A stretch of DNA of 63,593 nucleotides, the filler included, from Octopus bimaculoides (Eukaryota), in NCBI RefSeq assembly GCF_001194135.2. It is 5 parts of 5 records of this genome, joined end to end, with 100 filler letters (N's around TTAATTAATTAA, not from the genome) between each part and the next. Parts side by side here need not be neighbours in the genome. Positions count along the whole stretch, not along the records: positions 1 to 29,813 come from NC_068982.1; 4 more parts are not named here. The stretch is one strand, 5' to 3'. Numbering within the stretch: position 1 is the first letter of the stretch; every line of letters starts with the position of its first letter. The translations under genes were made by a program, and so were the position numbers. The notes under the pieces are model-generated. The model did no database searches, was not told the origin of the DNA, and worked only from the letters and a program-made list of their open reading frames with translations. Positions 13,520 through 27,451 of this stretch are shown here, piece after piece.

Positions 13520-13720
13520 GAGCTTCTGCGCGATCGCTCGACCTGCTAAAAATAACTGCCAGTTTGCCTTCAAATTATACCCCATCTTTTTATAAAAAAA
13601 AAAAAAGAACAAAAAGGAAGGACACAGTTGAATAATGTATCCCACAGCAATCTATGTCCGAAAAACAAAGATGGGATGGTCAAATGCGAAATGCCTATCA
13701 CTATAGGTCTGCTTGTTCAG
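13520..13720 (+). mobile_element. Interspersed repeat family G, SINE-like 3' part
   Basis: gatcgctcgacctgcta.aaata...gatgggatggtca...ataggtctgctt motif recurs at ~17310, ~47690 (minus) and ~58180. Confidence 0.6.
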
Positions 13721-14879
13721 TAAAATTTGGTTTAATTGGTAGCGTTATGTAAATGTCGAAACAAAACCTTGAATAACAGCTAGAAAAACATGATTAAATT
13801 TTCCGATATGGTTCAACATATGCATTAACCAAATCAAATTATTTTCCATTCCTCCCTGTTCTCTCTTTGTTGCCCTTTACATCGCTAGCCTATCGCTCTC
13901 GTGTTTCCGTTTACGTCTATTTTCGCATTAATATTTCTGACTTAATTTTTCCTTTTCAATTACTACAGTTCACTTGATCTTCCCATCTCTATTTCTGTCT
14001 CTTTGTATTATTTCTAGTATGGCTTTTATTTATCTAATTTTATCTGCCTTCTCTATTTCAAAACTTCATATTATTTTTTGCTTTGCTTTTCTTTTTTCTC
14101 TCCTTTCCGCTCTTCTTGAATCCGAAAAGGAAATTAGCTTTCAATTCTATAATTAAAATGATTCTTTCAAATTATTATAGTTTTGATGAACTGATCGATC
14201 ATATTATAATTCTACTTAAAACGAAATGGATATAATAACTTTCGCAAAATGTAGACGAGCAGAACAGAATTGCTTTTTATTTAAACAAAATACCAGAAAT
14301 CCACCCACAAAACAAAACTGAAGTAATATTTTGCCACAGTTAACAAGTACATTTCGCTTTGAACTATAAATATCTTTTACTGCAAACCATTTTTACATTA
14401 TCTTTTTTTAAAGCATTCTGCAATTGTTTTCAAGAGTCGATACCATTTCAGCTGCCCATACAGATGGAACTAATAATCGATTGACTAAGCCTGTTAGTAT
14501 AATGGAACGTAAAAATCACAAGGTTGTCTAAAAAAAAAATTTCTTCCGTAGAAACATTTTTATGACACAACTTTTAGTATCTTTATCGAAACAACTGCTG
14601 TTCTTGGCGATAGCAGACGAGCTGATTTGTTTTCTAGTATTCTTACAATTTTTGGCATAAGGACAGCCTTCTTTTTTATAGAAAACAGGGCAAGTCGATC
14701 AGGTTAACACCAGTACGTGACTCGAACTTTATTTTATCAACTCTAAAAAGGTGCGATTTGAATTCAGACTCTAGTGAACCGGAGGAAACGCTTCTGGACA
14801 CTTTGTCCGACGCGCTGATAATTGTGCCAGCTTGTCTCCTATATATGTTTTCTAATATAAAATAAAACGGGATATAATT

Positions 14880-15075
14880 GTTGTGGATTGATAAAATCGC
14901 TGGAGTTTTGGATAAAGCATTTGCAGTATTTCATCCTGCAGCTTGTTTGGTTCTGAGTTCAAATGACGCCGAGATCAACTTTCCTTTCATCCTTTTAGTA
15001 TCGATAAAATGTACTGGTGAAGTACAGTGGAGAGATCGATTTAATCGGCTAACCTCTCCCCACAAATTCCAGATT
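14880..15075 (+). mobile_element. SINE family B, diverged; an inverted fragment lies at ~14690-14820
   Basis: gagttcaaatgacgccgagatcaactttcctttcatcc...tcgataaaatgtactgg. Confidence 0.7.
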
Positions 15076-18000
15076 CTGTTCCTTTGTTAGAAACAATATT
15101 AAAAGCAAACAGCTAGCACCGTAGATCTCGTAAACACCGGACTAAAACAAATACATCGAAAAGGTTCGTTCTAGTGTAATGCCATTTCCTTTCACTCACA
15201 TGATATTGTTAGCTTTAAAATAAAAGAAGAATGAATATACACGTATTGCATTTTCTCTCTGCTAAAAATTAAGAAGATTGCTCTTAGTAGGAAGAACATT
15301 GTATGAAGTTAGAATACTTAGATGAAAACTTGAACGATGACATAAATAGGTGAAAAGATTAAGATCTGTGAGACGGTCACCATATATCTATAAGTAAAAT
15401 CGTTTTGATTTAAATAAACATGGTTTTCCTTTCCAAATTGAATACGTTGATAGAAAACGAAAGGAAGCAATGTTCACTTATAATGCATAGTACCTGTAAT
15501 AATTCATTTTAGCTGTTTTCAGTTAAGAATGGGGTATCATAAACCAGACTATTTCCATGAATTCGCTGTCCAAGTAAAACCTAGATAATGACAGCGATAG
15601 AGATGATGATGTGGGCGATGATCATGATATTGAGGGCAGTGATGATTCGACGTGATCGACATGAAAATGTCCTTTGTAAAAATAAAGGAATATTGTAGAG
15701 GGTTAAAATAAATTGCTTATCTAAATTCTCGAGGGAAACACTTTCTATATTTATATATCAGCCGAAATCTTTTTTTACTAATCTTTGACATCATTAATTC
15801 TAACTTTCCTGTTATTGCAGTAACGTTCTATCATTTAATCCAAATTATGTTGATCACTTACACAAACAAGAATAACATTATTTGGTTAATGAATTTGCAC
15901 ACTTTAACAGGAAGGAAGAAAGTTTATTATTTGCTTTTTAAAAGGCTGAGCTAGACAAACACTTTCTCACAGATACCGAACGAATATTTGAAATTACCAT
16001 ATAAGTAAAAGATATTTAGTAAAAATCTGAAGTGTTAAAAATTTATTGATTATTTCAATGTATTTGCGTCTTTATTAGAAGCCAGCACAGACAGTGGGTT
16101 TAATGTCAATGTTGGAATTCTAATCATAACAGCAACACAATCTTAGTTACATAGAATGATTTTAATGTTTTTTTCTTTTAATATTTCATCAATCATACTC
16201 TAAAAATTATTAAAATTAAGACGCAAATTTTAGAAATTTTTAATATAAAATTGACAAGAATTTTGGTCTGAACCAGACTTTATTTCTAATTTTTTGTTTA
16301 TATTTTTTGTTTCGCTTTGCAATGTATGTTTTAAAAATGATCAAAGTAAAACTATATATATATATTACTTAGTCAGAAAATGAAAGGCAGTACCTATGAA
16401 ATTTTACCGAGTTTTTGAAACTGGTGGTGACGGATAAGAAAAGAGCTTGTGCTCGTACTGGAGATTTGACATGAATGCTTCCAATAGTGTTGACTCCGAA
16501 TTTTGGATTAGGTCCACCTCGCAAGAGCAAGTATGTTCTAATATGTTTCTATGCAGTTTCCGTCTACAAAATTTTTGTTAGTGTTTGGGTCAACTCGAGA
16601 TTACGACAAGATATTTGCCACAAATACTGACTTATTTCATGTAATACAAAGTCTTTGACCTCATAACGGTGAATCGTATAAATGGTGAGTTTGAACCGTA
16701 TAACCATTCCAATTTAGGTAAGTTCTCCTACGTATTTAGAGTTGTAATTAAGCCCAACATATAAAATCAACTATCGGGTTAATTAAGTAATTTTATGAAT
16801 ATTTATATATTATATTCTTAGCACATCTAGGCAGGTTCAGACGCAAAATATGTTAGGCGCTGTAGTGCAAGTCTTAGAACAACTACTCCTCCCTTTTGGA
16901 AAACGGTGTGTTCAAGAAACTCATCTCATTGGTGCACGGCATTCTAGGACACCGGTGTTTCGACATGTATTTCTTCAACCACAAGTAGCCGGAATTTTGA
17001 GATTAACCAAAGCTGCTGGCTTTGTGTACGCTTTCGGCGAACAGAGTTGTTTGTTGGTCGGTACTTGATAGATTAATCTGTTTTTGAGAATATTTTTGTA
17101 ACTGGCAAAGTTACTAAAGTCACTTCGCAATCAGCTGCGATTAGATAAAATCGAATTGTTTGCCAGTTTCCCAGTTCAATAAACAAAATTCCTGCCATAC
17201 CACCATCTCTTTTAGTTTAGAAGCTAGTCAGCTTTAGAAATGCTAAGTTACCTTGAAAACCACACATTGCCACTGCCTACAAACAAATCAGCGTAGACCA
17301 GAGATAGACTCTATGCAATTGCATGATCTGCTAGAAATAGCAATGAAATAGCCGTTTTAGAAAGAAAGGGTACCACATAACGTTCCTCCTGAATACAATT
17401 GGCATGGTCACTACTAAGGCTACCTTAGTAGTGATTAGTCAAGACACAACATAATGCAAAGAACCAGCAAGAATAATTAGGACTGCATAGAATTTATAGG
17501 GATAATTCAACAAATACTGAGTGTTTCGGTTAGTTTAATGATACACGATAATTGAATGCGTTTACTTCATTTTTGATGCATCAATTAAAGTTGTGTTTGT
17601 CATGACTGCACTTCATTTCAAGATTGTCTCTTTCTTAAAGACTATATAAAAATAACGAAAAAGAATTCATTTTGTTGGTTAATTTATCTTGATTTTTATG
17701 TGTTATTTTCGGTTATGACATTTGGTGAACAATAACATCAGTTACAGGTATCCAGAGAGCCAACTACTGGTTCACTGCATTTCTGACGACATGGTATTGT
17801 CGTACAACTCGAACGAATCAGATACTACACAGCTATCTTCAAAAACGAACTTGATATATTTTTGCTTATTGTTTTATTTTATATTTTTATTTACATCTTT
17901 TCGTCTTGTGCTGCGCCGGTATTGTTAGTTTCTGATGCTATCTTTGTTGGACTTTTTTTTCTTTCCATTCATGGTTCTTTTTTATTTTTCCTAATTGCTA

Positions 18001-19429
18001 TTATGTTTTTTCTCGTGTACTTTACAGTCGTTGCTCCTGCTGATGATTTGAACATCAAATGATTAATCGGAATTAAATAAATGTCACTATTTAGAATAAT
18101 GACGGTTTAAATAAATCACCATCATCTATGTAGATCTCATTTTTTTCCTTTCCAATCATCATTAACTTTTCTTTTGTCCTTTTCTTCTTTCCATTATATC
18201 ATTTGTGTAATATTGCAGCAGTTAGAAAGCAAAATAATAAAGTTAAAATAGTGAACCAAGATATATCTAAAATGAAGCAAAACGAAATGTAAAAACATTA
18301 ATAAATACGTAGGTATAGAAAAATATAGAAAAATACGATGAAAAGAAGCAATAATTCAAATTAAAAGATAAAATGTAAACTAGAGACAGTATTAGAAGTT
18401 GATATGTTAAAAGTGAACAAAAGCTTGTGGAAATTTGGAAAAGAAATATTCTGACGTTGATGGGAAAATTTACGGGAAAGAGAATCGAAAAAGAAAATTA
18501 AAAGTTAGGTGAGGAATTTGTTCATTGACCTGGAAGTACAACGTTGAGTGATTTCTGTTTTACTTTTTATTTCGTAAGAAGAGAAATTATGTATTTTTTT
18601 TATATTTCATGCTAACATTTATTGCTATGTTCTTTTATAGAACATGCCCGTTATTTCTTGCTTTCTTTAGTGTGTATCTTTATGTATGTATGCATGTGTG
18701 TGTATACATAGCACTCATCTGCAAACTAATGATCAAATACTTTAGAATATGCTCCCCTGAGCATAACATTGCAGCGCCATGTGCTGAACAATATTACTTT
18801 TAGCAAATAAAATTTCTTTTTTACATTTTGTTTCGAGGTAACATCAATTCACAGAGCATATATCTTGATTTTCTAATTTTTTTTTATTCAATGCCTTTTT
18901 TAAAATTTGTTTACGTTTCATAGCTTTACATATACATTTATACAGAAAGTTCCATAATACATTTCATGTAATTTGTTCCATATATGATACCAATAAAAAA
19001 AATATTGATATAAATCGAAAAGGAAACAAACTGTACGGATTATGAGCAAGTAGGATTAAAAGAATTAATTTATAAAACTACTGTTTTGTTGCATTATATC
19101 TACGTGATATGGATAGAAAACGCTTTCTTTTAGACATTTCTTTTGAAACGTTGATGGCATTTTACTTTTCATAATCTTTAAAGTGCAGATTGTCTTGGTG
19201 ACTTTTGTAATCAAAATATGCCCCTTTAGAATGGCATTTTACAATTAATGCAATTTTTGAAAAATCTAACATACTTAGTATCAAATACTACAGTAGCATC
19301 AATACACACGCGCATAAAAGCGAATACACACACACATACACACACACTTTCTCTCTCTCTCACACACACATCACACGCACAGTGATGAGGTTAGGCTCGA
19401 AAACGCAATAAAATTGACAGAAGAGAATA

Positions 19430-20330
19430 TTTAGTTAAAGGTGAAACCTCTATAGCTTTAAAGGATCGCAAACCCAACTTTACAAAACCCATCTGTAAAG
19501 TTATAAACCCCATTAGGACAGTGATAGGGTCAGAAACCAAAAGAGAATACGGAAACATATTAATAATTCTATCAGAAAAACTACGAGACTGTAACCATCG
19601 GCAAATAACAACTTTGTCATGGACTGGTTTAAGATCATAATAAGTTTAATGTTCACACAATTTGATTCATTAGATTAATATCTCTCGATATCAAGATATA
19701 GTGAAACCTGTGCAAGATAAATTTTAAAAAACGATTTCTCTAGACAATACGTCGCCATTAACCACAAAAAATTAAGCTGATCGAACAAGCCTGTAAAAAA
19801 AAAAATCTTTTTAGTGTGGGTCTTTTAAGAAATTCTAACCGGATAAACAGATTGACGTAGCGATGGATTTGAAAGACAGTGCTGACACATGTGGTCTACT
19901 AAGGACTTTTTATACTAGCTATACGACAAAAACAAGTCTTCCCCCCTACCTCTTGATATATCGAGAGGATGGTTAAGAAATGGTCATACTCTAGATACCT
20001 TTATGAAACTCCTTATATTTGTCTTTAGCAGTATAGATCTGAAAATCATGTGGTTACGAGCCCCACTTTTTAGATGCTTCTTTCGACCTAGATCTGAAAT
20101 TTTACATGCTCTATTTTAACCAAATGAAAAACAAGCATATATATATACAATCAATCTAGCCATTTCCGATCGTCTTTGAGAACCTTAGTGATGACGTTAC
20201 TAATATCCAACTACTCTTACTCCGAAAAGATTTTCGGTAAGGCAGCCTCAACATATAACAGATCCCCGACTGCCTGTGATTTTAAAGAGATATCATAGAT
20301 TCCGACCCAAGCAAGAGCCAAATTTTGGAA
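19430..20330 (+). pseudogene. Penelope-like element reverse transcriptase relic
   Basis: Colinear decayed motifs IALKDRKPNFTKPICKVINP, QIDVAMDLKDSADTCGL (FDVTMGSYDGAETCEL-like), LIYREDG (LYRDDG-like), FLDASFDL and SEKIFGKAASTY. These match the PLE RT pattern as I recall it. Confidence 0.72.
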
Positions 20331-21497
20331 CCTTGAGTGAAAGCTAAGGGAAGCTTAGGTCGAAAATGTTCAGGTTTTTTTTTCTACTTGACATGCCTGA
20401 AAGGTAAAATTTATTCAAATTCCAAAAGCGATAAAAGAAAGTTATAAAAGAAAGCTACAAAGAAATTGTAAAACACTACGATTAAAATGTATTGTGTTAA
20501 TTCAAACAACACTAGTAAAAAAAATGAGCAAATTTATCTGACAACTTAATTTGGGTGTGTACATATATGTATGTATGCCTCTGTGTGTATGTGCGAGTGA
20601 GTGTGTATGTGGGTGCACATGTGTGTGATATTAGCTATCTGAAAAACATTTTAAAAGACATCATACTTCAGTTCATATTACATGAAAACAAAATTCTGAA
20701 AAAGAAAAATGTACTTTTATTGATTTCTTCAAGATACTACGGCTTTTAAAGGGTTCCTAATGTAACTATAAATTGAATATCTAATTTTTCCATTCAGCAC
20801 AACATGTCTTTTAATTTAGTTCTTATTTCTTTGTTCAGTTATTTCTTTATTCAATTATTTACAGTTGTTTAATTTTCACCTTATTTTCAGCAAAGAAAAT
20901 AATATTCTTAAATTTACACCGTAATTTTGTTTAATTTTATAAATACTTGCATTATCCAACACCCATAAATCATATCCACTTTTTCAAACCCAAAAACGAG
21001 AAATCTTTACACGAATCCAACTGGTGCACATTGTTTTTTTCTCAAATATTGGTATTTTCCTTCCCACTCTACTGATTTTTCCTTTTCGTTCTCTTTCAAT
21101 TAAATTGCTGTTCTTCACTTCATCATTCCGAAAGAGATTATTTTCTGTGAGTTATGTGCTTCAGCTTTATCAGATATAAAATGTTTTATGGTGGCAAGTC
21201 ATCACCAGTCGCATTGTGGCTGCTGTTCACCATATTAGTTACCTACTTTACAAAGAATTTATTCATCTTACTGTAAAGCAAAAAGAATGTATTTGGTTCT
21301 TTCATATTATGAACACAAGGGTGAATATTTTGCTTTGAAATGACATCAAGAACAATACGAAGTAAAAACTTGTCTCGTGCATGTCAGTATGTTACGATTA
21401 AAAAAAAATTTTTTTTAATTGGTCTTCTGCAAATTTTAAATATAGGCATACCTTTATACACATTCCTTTGAAACCTACACATACAGATTCTAGTGGG

Positions 21498-22026
21498 TGT
21501 AACATTCATTTGCATATATGGATGATCATAAATAGTTTAACACACATCTCTCCAAATATAAATATAGATGTAAATATTTATACTGACAAGTCTGGATTAA
21601 CACTTAACGAACTCTACAATCAACGGACTCGGCGCCCTCCTCAGGACTCTGAAACACTTAAGCTTCGGTGAATACTTTTCTCTCTACAAGAGTCGAGAGT
21701 AACCAGCACTTGAACATTTCTTATAATATTCTTTACGACAGGGTCGATACTCAACAGAAACATTCTTGACTTCGTATAAAATTACTATTCATCTAATTAG
21801 CATATCTCACTCACTAACAAACTAATCCAGAACTCATGGACTCGCTATTATCTCTGAGTCTTCTGCCTCATCCGTGATGGGCTCAGCCCATTTGAGCAAG
21901 TGATCTGTACGCCCTCTTAACTCAAGCTCGCTGACATATGCGTTTTAACCCTCTTCGTTTCTACGACTCGCTATCCCAGACCTCACACTAAACACTCTAT
22001 ATTTCTTCCCCGATAAAATTGTAACA
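21498..22026. mobile_element. Possible solo LTR
   Basis: 529-bp block of more balanced composition bounded by TGTAACA at both ends (TG...CA). No target-site duplication visible. Confidence 0.3.
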
Positions 22027-23147
22027 TACTAGTATTCTCTCTTGGCTTTCTTTCTTCTAGGCGTCGATTAGCAAATGTTGAAAATTAATATCAAACCGAT
22101 GTGATTCATCAATTTTGGAAAGTGTGCAAATTGCGCAGGCACTGTTCCTTTTCCACTCACTAATAAGCACAACAAGCGATTTAATTACTCTAGAACACAT
22201 GCTGGCTATCTGGAGAAAAAGAGTCAAATACAATCATTGTAGAAAAGGCAGAAACTTCAGTATGCCGAGAATCCACTTTTCTTTAAAATTTAATTCATCA
22301 CATTAAAATCTTTAAATTCGGTAAAAGCCGTCAAATACTCAGTTCCTGGGGTGATTCTCCGCTTATTTTCGGTAGACTTTTCCTTATATTTTTGTTAAAT
22401 AGTTAAATAGTTCTTTTATGAGCAAATTTTGTCAGTCAAGTCACATATAATTCATTTGTTTCTGGATAGCGCTATTCTTTCCTCTCTGAAACGGAAAAGA
22501 CAATATTGCATGAGCAATCACCGAACAATTTATATACATTAGTAGATTTTTATATCTTGTTCTGTCTTGCGTTTCAACAACGTTATTTCTTATCTGAAAA
22601 CTGCCCACCTTTTTGATAAACCTTCGGTTAATGTTGACATTATTACCCGGAAACAAAATCAAAGAATATATATATATAGTGCAACGGGCGTAAAGAAAAT
22701 TAAGTGTAGGAAACAAATATGAAAGCAAATTCCCGGAAAGCAACGTGGGTGGCGGAAGAGGCCTTCGGAAAATTCACAACATCCGAGTTTTTCCCTTGTA
22801 ATGTTGAGGAAAATAGAATCCTTTTGAAATCACAAATTAGGCTTTTCCTCGGGAACATGGATGCTAAACATACCTTTGAATGTTTCGGGTCCTTACTTCT
22901 ACTGTGTGTATGTGTGTGTGTGTGTATATATATNNNNNNNNNNNNNNNNNNNNNNNNNNNNNNNNNNNNNNNNNNNNNNNNNNNNNNNNNNNNNNNNNNN
23001 NNNNNNNNNNNNNNNNNNNNNNNNNNNNNNNNNNNNNNNNNNNNNNNNNNNNNNNNNNNNNNNNNNNNNNNNNNNNNNNNNNNNNNNNNNNNNNNNNNNN
23101 NNNNNNNNNNNNNNNNNNNNNNNNNNNNNNNNNNNNNNNNNNNNNNN

Positions 23148-23196
<49 letters not shown>

Positions 23197-23214
23197 TTAT
23201 AAGTCTCTCTAAAG

Positions 23215-23600
23215 GAGATTACCGCAGCGGTACTGGATATTAATATTTATCGCTAAGCTAACAAGGCGGTCCAGAGAAATAGGACGAATGCTGCCATTGA
23301 TTAGCTCTAAGAGGCCATCGCCTCTAGCTAATTAGCTGACACACTAACCTGTATCTATTATAACCTACGAACAGGGGAGGTCATTCGCTTCCCCTTGCTG
23401 GTCTGGCATCTAAAGACTAGTTTCAGGGTATTTGCCGCTTAGCAATGTAGACCAGCCGAACCAAGCAGGCGTCGCTACTGACAGTCTGTTCGGAGGATTA
23501 TTTAACTAAATTCAGTGGAATACATCCACTCGCTTTCAAAAATAAGAATATTAATATTTCTTAGGACCCGAACCCTTCAAAGGGATGTTTAGCATCTAAG
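23215..23600. repeat. Unclassified GC-elevated segment, probably an interspersed repeat
   Basis: Sharp compositional boundary next to a microsatellite. No second copy in the window. Confidence 0.3.
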
Positions 23601-25620
23601 TTTCTGAGGAAAAGCCTAATTTGTCATTTCAAAAGAATTATATTTTCCTCAAAGTTATGAGGATAAAACATCGGATCTTGTGAATTTTCCAAAGGCCTCT
23701 CCCCACCCCCGTTGCTTTCCGGGCATTTTTGTTTTCATATTCGTTTCGTACACCTTTTTTTTTTTCGCCCGTTGCACATTTTTTGTTTTGATTTCGTTTA
23801 CGCGTAATAATGTCAACATTAACCAAATCTTTACATGAACAAAAAAAAAACGATAATATGCTGGTGAGTAACTGATTTCTTGAAAATAAATATCCGCCTT
23901 GAATACTTTTCCTGTAGGAAATTTCTATAACAAATACATAATTTTCATGTGATTACATCCCCCTTCTAATATGCATATACGATTCAGTCAGGGTGTACCA
24001 TATCGTAGACTGGGAATTCGATTTCGATTGCAGTCTAACGCAATCAGCTATTCCACCCATCCATTAAATAGCGGACGTTTTCTTTAACCACATTCAAGCG
24101 TACGTGGTTAAAGAGGGTGTAGTTATGGGCATAACTATTTGAATGTTTCGTTTTAGAATAAAATCACTGAACTTATTGGTAACATTCATGATATTCCAGA
24201 CCGCTATATAACGGCCATTAAAATGGGTTCATTCCTTACTTGCCTATATTGAGCTGTCTTTTTCTCTGGCAGGAATATTCTGTACATTAAATTCATCAAA
24301 CCATTTATCTTTTTTTTTTTACTTTCATCTGTGATTTTCTAAATGCCAATAGTTTGCTATCTCAAGCTGCCGTTAAATTTTCCAAAATGTCAATTCCATA
24401 TGATTTCACTTGCTTTCCATTTTCAATTTCGTTAATTTTTTTTTTTAATTCCATTCATCTAATATTGTGGTAGGTCAACTTCAGAAGTGTTTTATTTCTA
24501 GTAAAATAATATTTGTCGACGAGTTTTCCATTCTAAATTTACAAGGTCTCCTGAGGTTCCTATGTAGACTGATGTCATACGGATGCTCTTAATAAGTTTA
24601 TTTTAGTTGATGTTATCCGAATTCGATTCCTCTAACTGGTGTTCTTCTACAAGATTATTATCGTTCACAAAATAGATAGTTGACGTTTTTCTTAACATTC
24701 CCTTCTATGGGCATAAATAAAAGTGCAGATTATATTGTTCTTGAATTTGTGGAATCAATCGATAGAAATATTTAAAACATTTATGAGGGAATTCAGTCAA
24801 ATATCAAAACCACAAGAAGTATTCTGTTTGAAGAGCCTGGAAAACCAGATGTAAATCCGGTAAATTGAGATAATCCGCTCAATGGAAATATAAATATTAC
24901 AACATCAAAACCAAACAGGAACAGTTGAATTCAGTATTTCCAAGTGAATTGCAAAACAAAAGTGATCGCAGTTAAGAAGTAAATCTTGTCTTGGCTTCAA
25001 TCCTATTACTATATACTTTGTTGGAACCACCTCAAGCTATTAACTACTGGGTTTTTTCAGGCACTATATTCCGTCCTTTGATCTTGACAGGCACGTCCAG
25101 AAAAAATAAACAATATATTAGGAATTTGGTTGAAGAGAATTTATAGCTACGTGCTTTGTCCAATTAGCTGCAATGCTTGCAGCAAAATATAAAGATTCAG
25201 CATTGAGGTTTTAGAGTCTAATATCAAATTCACTTTGCCACTTCGTATTATTAATATCGAGAATAGGTACTCTTACACGATACAGCTTAGTCCAGAAAAA
25301 AATCCAGTTCTATATTTGATACGTACAAAAGCCTGTCTACACCGCTCAATCAGTAATGTGGAGACGCTGTTCCTTTCTAAGTATTTCAAATCGATCTCAG
25401 ATTTCATGAGACAACATATAACACCAAATCAATTCGTATTGCTCCAAAATCACATTTCAATTAAATGCTGAGACCTCAGAAGAAATAACGGCGCGCCTAC
25501 TTACATAATTACAACACCATAAGTCATTCTCTTTTATTCTTTAAAAGAAATGCGACTAAAATGTTCATATGAACAAACACACACGCACACTCACATAAAA
25601 ATTGACTATATCAAAATAAC

Positions 25621-25659
<39 letters not shown>

Positions 25660-26129
25660 NNNNNNNNNNNNNNNNNNNNNNNNNNNNNNNNNNNNNNNNN
25701 NNNNNNNNNNNNNNNNNNNNNNNNNNNNNNNNNNNNNNNNNNNNNNNNNNNNNNNNNNNNNNNNNNNNNNNNNNNNNNNNNNNNNNNNNNNNNNNNNNNN
25801 NNNNNNNNNNNNNNNNNNNNNNNNNNNNNNNNNNNNNNNNNNNNNNNNNNNNNNNNNNNNNNNNNNNNNNNNNNNNNNNNNNNNNNNNNNNNNNNNNNNN
25901 NNNNNNNNNNNNNNNNNNNNNNNNNNNNNNNNNNNNNNNNNNNNNNNNNNNNNNNNNNNNNNNNNNNNNNNNNNNNNNNNNNNNNNNNNNNNNNNNNAAA
26001 TTACATACTTGAAGTCAGTGTTGGCAGTGATTAAATCAGCTTGAAAATACACGTTCACTTTAATAAATTTATACTCGGGATAAGCCGAAACAGCCCGCGT
26101 TCCGGAGTCGCCACTGATAGATAGATAGA

Positions 26130-26966
26130 TAGATAGATAGATAAATTCTCGCCATTTAAAAAACTTTCATTTCACGCATGCGCATTGTTTTTTTGTCGAC
26201 TACACAGTATAGTAGGGTCAGTTGGGCACCGTCCGTGAGAAAAACAGCAATCCACTCTGCTAGAAATTTGGAAACGACATGCTGTACTGCTTGGCATTCG
26301 TGCCAGAAGCTCCAATAGGAACATTTCATAGTGTCTGGGTATCAATCTTAGGACATGTACCGTGAGTGATAAACAACAAACATCCAGTCAACATCATGGT
26401 GTTTGGAGTGACCACTAGTGATGGCGACGTTATGCATCCATTCATCTTCCTGGATAGCCTCAGATTCAACATGGAGGCGTATATCAAATTCCTGGAGGAG
26501 GTAGTGCTGCCCTGGCTCAATTGGTTGTCTGCTGGAAGACCCTATATCTAGCAATAGGACTCTGAACCATGCCTCACAAGCAGGAGAACCGAGCCATGGC
26601 TGTCAGACAATTTCTGCATCCACATCACCCCTAAAATCTGGCCACCTAACTCTCCAGACTGCAACCTCCTTGATTATTATGTGTAGGGTACAGTTGAGCG
26701 AGAGACCAAATAAACCCCTTCTAACACCAAAGATGAACTGAAAGTAAGGACTATGGCAGCATTCACCGACTTGAACAAGGAGACCGATCAGAGTTGCAGG
26801 AGATTCCGAAGTCGCCTAGAAGCCGTAGTTGGAGCCAATCTTATTGAAAAAATTTACTCTTTCAAGATATTTTTATATAATCTTGGTAAATATATCTGTT
26901 AAAATGGGATGGCAGTGTTATTTTCATTTTTGCGTAATGTAGACGACAGTCTATTCACCGCACCGT
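26130..26966 (+). mobile_element. maT/DD37D-type Tc1/mariner, internally deleted
   Basis: KHPVNIMVFGVTTSDGDVMHPFIF...YIKFLEEVVLPW...*Q*DSEPC...KIWPPNSPDCNLLDYYV. TIR-like end at ~26930-26966. Confidence 0.85.
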
Positions 26967-27319
26967 GCGTGTGTGTATATATATATATATACACACACAC
27001 ACACAAGTGTTGTGCTTATGTGTGTTTGTGTGTGAGGCACTACTAATTAAGTCTAAGACACTTATTCATAAAATTGTCATTATAAATAGAATTGATCTTT
27101 TGTTAATGGAATTTCTAATCGTGAAATGTCAAGCAGTTGTCTATTTGGATATGTTTCCCCCTTTTATAGATATATTCATTTACATATAATCATATACATG
27201 TGTGAATGCGTTCTTACAGTTATATGTATTGCGATATGCAATGCACATCGTGCATATACATATATGAATTTAACATTATTTACATTTGACAGATATTTGT
27301 CCTCATCTTGTTTGTTGTT

Positions 27320-27365
27320 AACACAACGTTTCGGCTGATATACCTTCCAGCCTTCGTCAGGTGTC
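27320..27365 (-). ncRNA. Minimal (PLE-type) hammerhead ribozyme motif
   Basis: GACAC-CUGACGA-A-GGCUG(10-nt loop)CAGCC-GAAAC-GUU-GUGUU: 5-bp stem I, complete core, 5-bp stem II, palindromic AACGUU in place of stem III. Confidence 0.75.
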
Positions 27366-27451
27366 TTGGGGAAATTTCGAAACTAAGTTCTCATTCCTAA
27401 CGATGTTACTATTATTATATTATTATTATTAATATTATTACTATTATTAAT

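Noticed and set aside
18028-18062. Possible terminal exon (pyrimidine tract + CAG, VVAPADDLNIK*)
   Set aside because: Too short to assign, with no partner exon. Such acceptors arise by chance in T-rich DNA.
18040-18070. CTGATGA followed by a small hairpin
   Set aside because: No GAAA half and no stem I, so not a hammerhead. The same holds for the CTGATGA at ~38278 and ~58723.
19378-19410. GTGATGAG...CTCGAAA just upstream of the PLE RT relic
   Set aside because: Position is suggestive, but G3 has no compensating C8, stem II is minimal and there is no stem I or cleavage triplet.
22730-22738. Perfect STAT-type site TTCCCGGAA
   Set aside because: A single 9-mer is not evidence of function without chromatin or conservation data.
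24690-24870. Kinase-like snippet YIVLEFVE
   Set aside because: Flanked by stops, with no other kinase motifs or splice support.
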